From the NCBI GenBank assembly GCA_036172245.1, contig JAYWIR010000042.1, positions 1,674,001 through 1,738,000 on the forward strand: a stretch of DNA of 64,000 nt, given 5' to 3'. Source of the stretch: Raillietiella orientalis (Eukaryota). Every line of letters begins with the position of its first letter. Position 1 is the stretch's first letter. The position numbers were made by a program, and so were the translations under genes. Positions 1-10,530 of the stretch are shown here, piece by piece. The notes below the pieces were generated by a model. The model made no database searches. It worked only from the letters and a program-made list of their open reading frames with translations, and was not told where the DNA came from.

Positions 1-1500
1 TTAGCAGAAGCCTCGTCTGACCGTCTTCAAAAACCAGAGTTGGCACTCGGCCTGCCTTAGGATGGCAAGTTGCTCCTACAGGAACGGGCTGCGGTGGGAA
101 ACGCGTTTGCGACTCCCCTCTTCCGTCCCTTGCTGTTTGCCTGCTCCCCTCCCAGAGAAGTGAAAAGCGGACCGAAGACCTTTTGAGGAAGGCCTTTTGG
201 GGAACTCGCCGGTGCCAGGTCCGCTTGAATGACTTGCGCGCTTTGCGTCAGGGAGGTGTTCTTGTCCCCCTCACGCCGGAGCGGATGGAACGCAGCCGCG
301 GTCCAGAAGACTGGCACCAGTTTCAGAATATGGGACCACTCTTTGGTGCGTGCCGGCAACATTCCTGGCCAAGAGAGCAGCCGGACTCAGAGGGATTCAG
401 TTCGTTCCTCGTGTGCGGCTACCAAAGACTTCCCCGATGCTTCGAGAGATGGTTGCCTCGGCTCAGGACTCCGCATGGATCTCCTGCTCGCCCGCAAACT
501 GCAGTGCCTGGATACAGGAAACAGTTGAGTTGTAGACCAAGAAGAATGGCACAGCACGAGCCTGGAGGAAACGCAATGTCTGCGGCATTCGAGTAACGGT
601 CGCTGCTCATTGAAGGAGATGATGGAATGCCCCAAGAAGACCTCATAAGTCCAAAAAATCCCGCTTGCTGCAGCGCTGTCGTCCCTACGGGAGAAACACG
701 AAGGAGATAAACCCGCAAGATGAAAAATGAAACCGGTAAATCTAGGAAAGAAGAAGGAATGGGGAGAATTCGTGTCAACTTGCTGATATTTGCACCCCCG
801 CTGCTATCCCCAAAGGACCTCCCCGCTGGACGGAACTCCTGGGAATCCCTTCGGTTGGATTGGAGATCCTTCCGATTTCCACGGATAGCTTTGTGCTTTC
901 CCTGAAGTGCCAGGAGCTGCAACTGCTGCATCGGGCTATCCCATGCGATAAGCCCTCCACCGCTGAACCAGAAGGATGGCTCCAGGCTGTGACAGACGCT
1001 GTGAAGGGGAAATCATCCTGCACCTGCTATTCGAGTGCGTTTCCCTCCAGAGTGTTTGGTAACGTTTGTCTGCTTTCCTGAACTCACTGAGAGGCAACGC
1101 GGTGAACCTGCTGAGACGCCTCTTCACTAGCGGCGGAATGTCGTCTGCAGCATCCATAGAAGCCCATTCATGCACGGTATCGTGGAGACTAAAAGCTATG
1201 ATGATGATGGCAGAGCCAGACGAACAGAGACGCCACCCCACTGGTGGCCTCGTTTTCGAGGACGACCCTATGATGGCCGCCGCATCTCACTCATCACAAA
1301 GAGGAACTTGCCGACATCCTGCAATGGAATAAAACTCCAGGGTTGTATCTGTGATCCCTACTCCTGCTCCCCAAACTTTTTGAAGCACTTTTTTTTGTTT
1401 CCTTTTATTTGTTTTTTGTGTCGACAGTCTTCCCCTTTTCTTTTATTTTATCATCCGAATTTTCCAAGGCATTTATTATTAAAATTTTATAATAAATTCG
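1..1500 (+). mobile_element. Decayed L1/Tx1-like non-LTR retrotransposon, 3' part of ORF2 (post-RT region and zf-RVT-like domain) with T-rich 3' UTR
   Basis: AFWGTRR...GGVLVP (~190-270); LLHRAIPC...CDRRCEGEIILHLLFECVSLQSVW* (~920-1060); stops and frameshifts; T-rich tail and AATAAA at 1491. Confidence 0.65.
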
Positions 1501-1589
1501 TCAGAATGTTTGAGGTATAACACTTGGCCGCACTGCGAAACACTCGTCTTAACCGGTGCGCAGACCGATGAGGTCCTCTCCATTGGCGG

Positions 1590-2330
1590 TGAAGAGGGAA
1601 TACCACATAAAAAAATTAACAAAAGAAACCAACAAAAAGAGAGGGAAATGTTTTTTCTGGGAGCGGGGGACACGGAAGGGATCACCGGTCGCCTGGAGTG
1701 GTCCTCTGCATCCTGTTCCGGATGCTGACAAGTGCTGAGTGAATGTTCCGGAATCGGGAGGCGTTCTTCATGAAGATTGTCGCCCAGTGGGTGGCATCCT
1801 TGCTGTTGTGGCCTCTTATTGGTGCGTTCCGTTTTGCCAGGATTCCGCGTACGCAGCAGAAAACTGCTACAGACGCAGCTGCACGCAGGGTGTCATTCAT
1901 CAAGAGGATCCAGAAAATGCTCTTCGGGTTGCCTACCGGGACTTGGAGGATCAAAGAAAGCCAATCCCAAACGACACAGAGGGCAGCACAGTCAATTAGC
2001 AGGTGCGGGAAGGTTTCTCTTTCACCACACTCTGCACAACGGGCATCCACACTCTCAAATGTCCAGTGAGAAAGGCGTGCTTTGCATGGGATTTCCCAAT
2101 GCAACAATAGCAACGCCATCTCTTGTCATTTTAGGGGAAGGATGCCACTGTCCCAACACTCTGGGGGCCACTTCATCTCCTCCGGAGCGATTCCGAGCAG
2201 CTCGCCCCAGCGGCTCAGCCCAGCTTCCTTTTCCTGTGTGGAACTCTGACGGCAAGCTGCTCGTGAGCAGCACAGCTTCCATATCTATTTCGAAGTCGAG
2301 GGGTGTCAATCCCACTACGGAGAACGGATT
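1590..2330 (-). mobile_element. Decayed L1/Tx1-like LINE 3' fragment (zf-RVT)
   Basis: ORF 1682..2119: LLHWEIPCKARL...CAECGERETFPHLLIDCAALCVVW, a CxxC...ETxxHLLxxC zinc-binding motif typical of the L1/Tx1 ORF2 C-terminus. Confidence 0.75.
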
Positions 2331-2544
2331 TTTTTTTGTTGTTGACTGAAACTAAGGAAACCGTTTTACAATGAACTCCCAAGAGTGACCGAGTGTTAAA
2401 AACAAACAAACGGTGAGGGTCTCAACGCGGCCTTCTTGCCAGCGGCGGCGGCGGAGCTGGCATCCACGCTGAGTCAACCGGAGAAGGCCGCGAAGAAGGC
2501 GTTGAGTGGCCTGACGACCAGAGGTCGTCAGGAGCATCTCTTCT

Positions 2545-3250
2545 CACCCGGTTGCGCCGGGGCGTTTATTACAATAAATAAAGTGACAAAAGCGGTGGCA
2601 GGACCGAGCGTCCTGCCACTGCTTTTGTCTGTCCATTGATCAGTGAACCTACTGAGAGACCGGTACGCCTACCGGCGAGGATCACCTCGACAGCGGAGGG
2701 GAGAGAACCAAACAAAAAAGAAACAAAATTAAATGACAAATAAAATAAACAGGAAAAAACTCTCTGGGGAGGAGGATGGGCTTCGGAAGGGATCACTGTC
2801 TGCTTAGGGAATTCCTCTGAATCCTTACAAGGATGCTGGCAAGTTCAGACCGCCTATTCCTCAGATGGGGCCAAGAAGAAGAGCGAACGCAAAAGAACGA
2901 AAGAAGAGGAACGCAAAATGAAGAGCACCCCTGTCTTTCTCGCCTCTCTCGACGGCACTCCAGGCAGCCACAATCCCTCATAGGCGACAGAGAGGTTAGA
3001 GATGCGGCTGGGACGGTATGGCATCTCGTAAGAAGGGGAGTCTCAAAACGCCTCTAGCGTTGTTTCCGGGGGGTTTGTAGGGTAGCGGCAAAGAATCCCA
3101 TAGGAGTCGGAGGGTACACAATCCACAAGCATGTGCGGACAAGACCCTTGTTCGCCGCATCTTCGACAGTTCGGGTCCACACACTCCCGCGTCCAGTGAC
3201 TCTGGTGGGTGTTTCATTGGAGACTTCAATGCAACAGCACGACTCCCCAA
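2545..3250 (-). mobile_element. Second minus-strand copy of the same LINE family, including its 3' terminus
   Basis: The nucleotide block gaacttgccagcatccttgtaaggattcagagg...gtgatcccttcc resembles 35925-35980 and 1675-1735; the copy ends in AATAAA plus a stem-loop at 2545..2570. Confidence 0.65.
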
Positions 3251-3299
3251 TCAACCCACCCGCACAGGGGGGCGGGAGTCGTCACTTTCTTAGCATTAA

Positions 3300-3500
3300 C
3301 GCAGGACTTTCCTCCTACCGTCTCCTGCACGTGGCCTGCTGGAACGTGGGCGGGATGCTCGATGACGGCAAGAGACGAGATGCAGTCGCCACCTTGCCTT
3401 CCCTCGTCCTGGTGCGCCTTCAGGAAGATTCACGTGATTTCTGGGGACGAAGACCAGGAAGTCTATCGCCTCCGGCCACGCCGGAAAGTTTGCTTGTGAA
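3300..3500 (+). mobile_element. Fragment of a LINE APE endonuclease N-terminus
   Basis: LHVACWNVGGMLDDGKRRDAVATL...VRLQE matches the xWNVxG...KR...LQE pattern of L1/Tx1 endonucleases. Confidence 0.6.
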
Positions 3501-3519
3501 GGAGTGGATATGCTGGGAA

Positions 3520-3790
3520 CGCGGTCGCAGCCCATGTACAGTGCTAAACTGAGGGGGTTGACTTGCCATTTCATCATTCTCAACACAATGCCGGTAAGGT
3601 GGACCACGATCAAGCAATGTACTGTACCAGGAAGAGCTTACGGTTTCGATAATAAGGGGATTTCAGTGCATGCTGAGAGAGATCTACGTTCTTGTAGTTG
3701 AGATCAATGGTTTCATCCCCACTAAGGATCATGAGTCCGTAGAGCTCCTCCTTCTTGAAATCCAGTCTTTTCAATTCTGGCACGGGTGAA
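3520..3790 (-). mobile_element. Possible Tx1-type ORF1 (gag-like) fragment
   Basis: Manual translation ELKRLDFKKEELYGLMILSGDETIDLNYKN...(frameshift)...IVVHLTGIVLRM...LALYMG resembles the Tx1/ZCCHC3-like ORF1 N-terminus; weak. Confidence 0.3.
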
Positions 3791-5094
3791 GGAAATTCAT
3801 CCTACCTGCCTTAAATTGATGTCCCGGCATGTGCCTCTGGGCCAAGTAAGCCCTGCTCCACAGGGACTGCCGGGGATTATGTAACCACAACATGACTTCG
3901 CACTGAGAGAAGCCGCATGCTTGATGGTCGACCCTTCCGCTTTCATTCCTTCAGACAAGGAAAGAAGAGAAGAAATCCTTTAGAGAGAGAAGCTTCTGGT
4001 TCTCTCTTTGAGGTATCTTAGTAGTGTTCTCTGCATTGCTGTCGTCACCATATCACTTCCTTACACACCATCAAATCAGATAAAAAATTCTACCACCAGA
4101 AGACTCAATTTCTCAGCAAGCACGTAAGGGACAGTGCTCTCTTATCCAACTGGCTCTCCGAGATATCAAAACGGGAAGCAAAACGGAAAAATACTTGAAC
4201 ACAAACCCATCATATGCGAAAGTGCTTTATGTCTTCGTGGTGCCTTCTGATGCGAAAACGGTTCACTTTCTTCCAGCTGTTAGACCATTCAGCTGGCAGG
4301 CAATCTTCGCATGCCATAGCCAGTTCCAAGCTTGCTCTGGAACTCAAAGCCACCAAGGCACGGAATGAAAGAGTTGGAAAAGACTAGGAGAGATAATAGT
4401 AAGTGCGTGACATGCAATCAGGTTGACGAGTGTGCGCAGTTACTTGCAGTTACGCATATTGAGGGGATGCTGACTGGAGCCCTGCGTAAAGCGGTGGAAC
4501 AAAAGTGGAAAGCCAATAACCATGGTGATATCATCAGCAAAGTACTCAATCACGCAATGCATGATCTCTGTCCACAAGGGGACCCAGCTAGCATTCAGTA
4601 ATGCAAGCTGACAGCAGCAATGTCGAAACTCCACGTGTGCGAAGTGACTGCTGCGTTGGCCAGATGTCTGCAACGAATTCCAGGAACATGAACGCCGTAT
4701 ACACGCCATGCTGCGTACGGAACGAGAAACGCTGGTATTTCGGATATGGACTGATTTTGACTGTTGACTCTCAACCCAGCAAGAAGTATGGGCTCCCGAA
4801 GCAGTATTTTTTCCATCTCCAGCACGACGCTTGTGGAGGACGAGGGAGCGTTGAGCACATGGAAACACGAACAAGATGAACCCGAAATAAGAACGTCGTT
4901 TGACACTTAAGAGAGTGTCTCTTGAAAAAAATCATCGCCTCCGGGCAACCGGCGCCCGTCCGCTTTGCAGCATCGTGGGTGGATGCAGTGCAGAGATGCT
5001 GCTGTACCACGGATTCAGCGTCCAATGGCAGGGCTACTGCAACAGACATTCAAGAACGCTCGACGCGGGAGGAGAGCAACATCATGATTTGATG

Positions 5095-5362
5095 GATTCT
5101 GAGGAGCAGTCCACTCTGCACCAGCAACTAAGGTTTCGGTCACAGAAGTCTCCATTGAAGTCCATACTCAGTTTCCCAATCCTTTGGCAGTAGACACTTC
5201 TATTAGTGTCTATGCATGTCCAAGGTATTCACTATAAGTTTTGCTGATCTTTCTGTGCGGGTCGACCGTTTACTCACATTGTGGTCGTGATCCTTCTCTC
5301 CTTACTGTAATGTTCTTCTTAACACAACGTGGAATTGTCTATATCGATTCAAACTCCCCTCA
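5095..5362 (+). repeat. Direct repeat, left copy (268 bp), flanking the Rab21 island
   Basis: Aligns to 8448..8716 with 10 substitutions and 1 indel by manual comparison. Confidence 0.95.
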
Positions 5363-6206
5363 ACAGTTACGTCCTAGGTTTTGTTTTTATCTGGTCATTT
5401 ACCAACCTACTCCAATGATAAAACGACGAAGATCGGTTCATAATTATCTGCTCATGCATTTTCTGACCCTATTTCACGAAATTTGAATACTCCGAAGATG
5501 CAGCCAAATCCGTTATACGTTTTTCATTAGCGCATTAAAATTAGTGTCATTAAAATCAAAAGGAAAGTTTCGTATGTGATGTATTGTTTTGTATTTCACT
5601 TCAGCCCTGCCAAGAAACTGCAGGTTGTTTAGCTTGCACAGAGCAGATCCTGGGTTACACCTTTTCAGAAATATGTGATGCTCAAGGGTGTTTTTTCCGT
5701 TCCAAGCATTCCCCGAGTGTAGGGTGTTCAAACTCGTTACTTCGTGATTCCATTAAGAGCTGCCTTCCTGTACGATTGATACAGGAAACGTGAATTCAAA
5801 TTTTGGCTTATTCCTCTTCATTTCATTTGCCCAGTAATTTTGGGTTCTGTCTTGAATGTTAGATCTTATTAAACTTACCTTCGGACTTGCACTGCTTTGT
5901 GTGCGCCATCATGTACATAAGAATTTATGGAATGCACTCTTGTACTTGAGGTTGAGGATAATGTAGTTTGGTTTTTGTTTGGGTACACAATTGAGTATGG
6001 TAATTTGTTTAAGCATTGTCTTTTTCGTTTTAGGCAAGTGTTTGGCGAAAAAAAAAAAAAAGTACTCAGGCGTCTACAGCTAGAACTTCCACATTTCGTT
6101 TGATGAAACCCAAGATTCACGTAGAATTTTTCTTAATTTTCACAAATACGTGCGCTTTAAACGATAAATCCATTGTGAATAACAAATAAGTTGGAATTCA
6201 GTACAA

Positions 6207-7311
6207 ATGCAAGGAGACTCCCCCTCTTCATATGTGGATTTGAAAGTTGTTCTACTGGGAGAAGGATGTGTAGGAAAAACATCTGTTATGAGGAGATTTG
6301 TGGAAGATAAATTTCATGATAAGCAACAATCAACTATACAAGTAATCAATGATTCAGATTAATTAATTAATTAATTCGCTTAGCTGTGACAAATTGAAAT
6401 TCTATTTTTCTCATGAAATGTGCCAAAAATTGGAGGAATACATGTTGTCATTGTTTTCCCATCTTCAAAGCCAGGCATTTTAGTTATTATGAATTTGATT
6501 CATGTGTATTTTATTTGAATACATGCTGTTAAATATTCGGGTATTAACATATCTAGGCCAAGGCCTTGCTTTCTAAATTGAATTGTCAGGAATTTTTTTT
6601 CATGACTTATTGCATTCAAAATAATCTGAATATTAGATAAATTAGTTTTTTATTAGGCATCTTTCTTATGTAAGAAAATAAATTTGGGTGACAAAAAACT
6701 TAATCTAATGATTTGGGATACTGCAGGCCAAGAAAGATTCCATGCTTTGGCACCTATATATTATCGTGACTCCCATGGAGCAATAATAGTTTTCGATGTC
6801 ACTGATGATAACTCATATTTGAAGGTGAGCTCAAAGTTGTTAATTTCCTGAAAGACATTAATTGCATGTGCCATTTTAATATGTTGTTTGCTAGTATTCT
6901 CTAAGGCACCAGTAAAATAATTTAATACATTTCTAGATGAAATGTTGGGTAAAAGAATTGCACAAGATGTTAGGCAATGATGTCATTTTATGTATAGCAG
7001 GAAATAAAAAAGACTTAGAAAAATACAGAACTGTTGATACTAATGATGCCATCAAGTAAGAAAAACGAAAATATGGTCTTGGATAAATCTCTTTACTTAG
7101 CTATGCAACTTCAGTGGGTGCAAGTTATCATGAAACCTCTGCCAAAGAATTCATAGGAATCAGGGAACTTTTTTCTGACCTTATTACAAAGTTGATTGAA
7201 AAACATAAATTGTGTGATAGAGAAGAAAAAACTGCCAATAATTCAAAAAGCCTGCGCATAATTCCAGATGAGAAATTTGAATCAAATATCAAACTAAAAT
7301 GCTGCAGATAA
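6207..7311 (+). CDS. Rab21: Rab21 small GTPase, 4 exons: join(6207..6341,6657..6824,6937..7055,7101..7311), 210 aa
   Basis: The spliced translation contains KVVLLGEGCVGKTS (G1), STIQ|ASF, IWDTAGQERFHALAPIYYRDS (G3), CIAGNKKD (G4), ETSAK (G5) and a C-terminal CCR prenylation motif. All introns are GT-AG, phases are consistent and the CDS is 633 nt. GEGCVGKTS and QASF are typical of Rab21. Confidence 0.95.
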
Positions 7312-8447
7312 ATCATGATAGCTACAATCATGAGTAATTGTGATGACAAATGTGGAATGAATTTAAGAGCAAGTACTGCCTTGAAGTAAATTCAAAGTAA
7401 ACACATACAGAAGTAATCTTGACTTGGAATTCAAACATATTTAAAATACACTTGAATTCATTATAGCCAGATTTCTTTCATAGTTTGTAGTGGAAAATAG
7501 AAACCAATAAGATTTTGAAGTACTTGGAATTGTAAATCCTTGTCTTGCATTGTACCCTGATTTCTAGGTGCCATGCATCCATTCTCTTATCTTATGTGAA
7601 ATAATAGTGACAGGTGTTTTTATCTGTTTCTTTACAGTTGGGAACTATAATGTTGCATTCATTGAAAAAATCACATTAGGTAATTTTCAAATCTTCAAGA
7701 TACTGTGTACCTTAGGGTTTTGAGAAAGTCTATATATATATTGATATCATGTTGCTTTTTCAAAGCTTTTCTTTACAACCAATACGTCAAAATCCGATCG
7801 AATTTTCCTTGATTTGTACGTATTTTGGGGGCATAATTTAATTTACCAATGAAATGAAAACCCACAGATGACTGTGAAACAACGGTTTAAATCATACTTT
7901 TAGTTGCTGTAACATAAACGAATGTTATTTGTGACACAATACTACCTCTAGGATATTCCTAATCAGTATACTAACAAATATGTTATATTGTCCCAAGCAT
8001 TAATTTGCGTGGTGTGTAGCCCTTGAATTGTACCACCCTGTAATGTTCATGGCACGTTATTCCCACGCTCCAATATCGTACAATAGCAGAATTTCGACGT
8101 AAAATCACATCAGTAAGATCACAAGTTTCAGTACAATGGCAATTCATCGTCGATCCTGTTTCATTGTAACACTACAGCTATGAAGATGATTTTCTGATCT
8201 GTTTACATTCATGTTTTCAGGAAATTTCATTTTCACTCCTTTCGTGATTACTGCTCAAGGCACTCTTGTGGAAGGTTCATATAATCAAATTTGGCATTTC
8301 CGTTGACGATTTTCCTCTTGAGGCCGACATGGTGTGCTCCACTGAATCTCGAGCCCTAATCAAATCTTGGCAATGTGGTGCATTTTTTGCTTTTTGACAG
8401 TCTTCTGCAAGCTTTCTGGGGAAGATGTCTGTTCCATGCATTAGCTA

Positions 8448-8716
8448 GATTCTGAGAAGCAGTCCACTCTGCACCAGCAACTAAGGTTTCGGTTACAGAA
8501 GTCTCCATTGAAGTCCATACTCAGTTTCCCAATCCTTTGGCAGTAGACACTTCTATTAGTGTCTATGCATGTCCAAGGTATTCACCCATAAGTTTTGCTG
8601 ATCTTTCTGTGCGGGTCGACCGTTTACTCACATTGCGATCGTGATCCTTCTCTCCTTACTGTAATGTTCTTCTTGACACAACGTGGAATCGTCTGTATCG
8701 ATTCGAACTCCCTTCA
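8448..8716 (+). repeat. Direct repeat, right copy (269 bp), flanking the Rab21 island
   Basis: Same orientation as 5095..5362 and about 96% identical to it. Confidence 0.95.
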
Positions 8717-10371
8717 GAAGAAGCGTTTCTTCACCAGAAAGCGGGGTGCCAGCCCCCTTCCGCAGCTCTCCGTTTGGGATATTCCCCGACGATACGTGTA
8801 CCGTATACTGTTGCGCGTACACGTTCGTTGCGAGCGTGCACCTTTTTACGTGTTGCCTAAAGCTCTCGAGGCATGAAAGATTCCACGCGTGCTGCCCGGG
8901 ACGTCTGTTGGCAGCTGTGCATACGGTGGTGGGATCCGAAGACGAGAAAAAAGACGAGGAAACCGGTCCCCTGAAGCACACGCGGAAGTCCGATCCACGC
9001 GGTGGTACAGTTGCTGCGATTTTCTGAAACTGAGATCATCTTGGCCAACATGCGAGGACGCATGCATAGAACAGCGTGGAGGAAAAATCTCGATGCGCCT
9101 TGGCAGTCGGATGTCGATTTTCCGTCACAAGGAAGGCCAAGGTAATGTGCGAAGGTAAAATCGGAAAAAGGTTCGTGTCGAAACTGATGGAAAAGTCTTC
9201 TCAATCAGTAGACGGATTCGTTTCGTGCACCGATGAAATTATTCCTAAAGGTGTCGAAGTAAATGCAGTTCACGTACCGATCTATAAATTTTGCGGATTA
9301 GAATATTCCGGTGCTCCGTTCAACGATTTTCCCCATCTTGTGGCTCCGATTATTTATCCTAAACAAAAGCGTTGTTTCCTGCATCTCTTACCTTAAATCA
9401 AGGTTTGCTGTTTCTTTTTCATCGGGGAGCATTCGCTCACTTAATTGATAGCGCTGTGAATTCCTTCTCCCCTCTTGCAAGCACATCGAGCATCTAAGCA
9501 TCCCTTATAACACCCTTGGGGAGTTTGCTGTCTCAGCTTAGTGGCTGGAAACAAGTATCATGGCAGTATTTGGTTCCCGGAAGGGACCGGTGTCTCCAAT
9601 CAGATTAAAATCTGCGTTTTATACGTAAAGTCTGTACAGATCAAAACCCACTTCCGTACACGCTCTTGTAGAGAACGTACAAGTTTTCATCCTTACCTAC
9701 CAGGTTTTAGCCGTACAGATGAATACATCTCATAGTTCGGCCTTTCATTTTGATGGGGTAAATCCAAACGTAAGACAGGAAATGTTCCTTGAAGTTTTCT
9801 AAGCGGCGGCTGAGTTGAGGACGTCCTTCCCAAGGATCAAAGCGTCTTCTTTGAGGGCAAAGAAGACGCTGCGTTCTTTACGGAGTCCATCTGCCTCCTA
9901 AAGTTGTTTTGCGTGTGAATATGAAATCCGTTTCTGAGAAATCTTTTAGTTTCCACATCCTGAAAATGCCTCTGAATGTGAAAAGTTCCATTTTGCTCGA
10001 GCAGTATCTAGTCTGATGTTCCTTAAGCAATTTCAAGTTCAAATCTTTTGAGTGCAGTGCCTTGCAGTTTGAAGAGTTTGGTTTCGAAACCTTTGAAATC
10101 ACCTCGGAGACGAGAGATGCTTGTTCATCTGCTGTTTGTTTCCCGTAGTGAAGAGATGGCGATGAACACCTAACTAGTCTAGTATTAAACTCAGAGTTAA
10201 TTTAGAAGACAAAGTATATGTGAAAAGAACAGTGCGATCGATGGTCTTGGTAAAGAGAGCGAATGCAGTTCCAGGGAGGGGGTAGAACCCCATACGTTGG
10301 CCCATTAAGTGCAGTTTACTTATTAAGAAACTTGCAGGTAAATTAAAAGTTTCGAAAAAGACAGGACTTTA

Positions 10372-10530
10372 TTGGATCCCCAAGAATGCACGCTATCTCA
10401 CATACTGAACAGATGCAAAAAGCACGTTCCTCTAACGATGCAACGCCATGATTCGATCCAAGAGATCATCAAGAAGGCCGCAGCGGAGGAGGCAAAGTGG
10501 AGTCTTATCTCGAGCAGCCAGAGAGTACCA
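10372..10530 (+). mobile_element. RLE-type (R2/NeSL/Utopia-like) non-LTR retrotransposon fragment: zinc knuckle plus RHD motif
   Basis: ECTLSHILNRCKKHVPLTMQRHDSIQEII matches the ETLxHILxxC...RH(D/N)xI motif that precedes the restriction-like endonuclease. Confidence 0.65.

Noticed and set aside
5895..5915. MAHTKQ resemblance to the histone H3 N-terminus (minus strand)
   Set aside because: Similarity stops after six residues.
5095..8716. LTR retrotransposon interpretation of the direct repeats
   Set aside because: No TG...CA termini, PBS, PPT or gag/pol, and the internal gene retains its introns.
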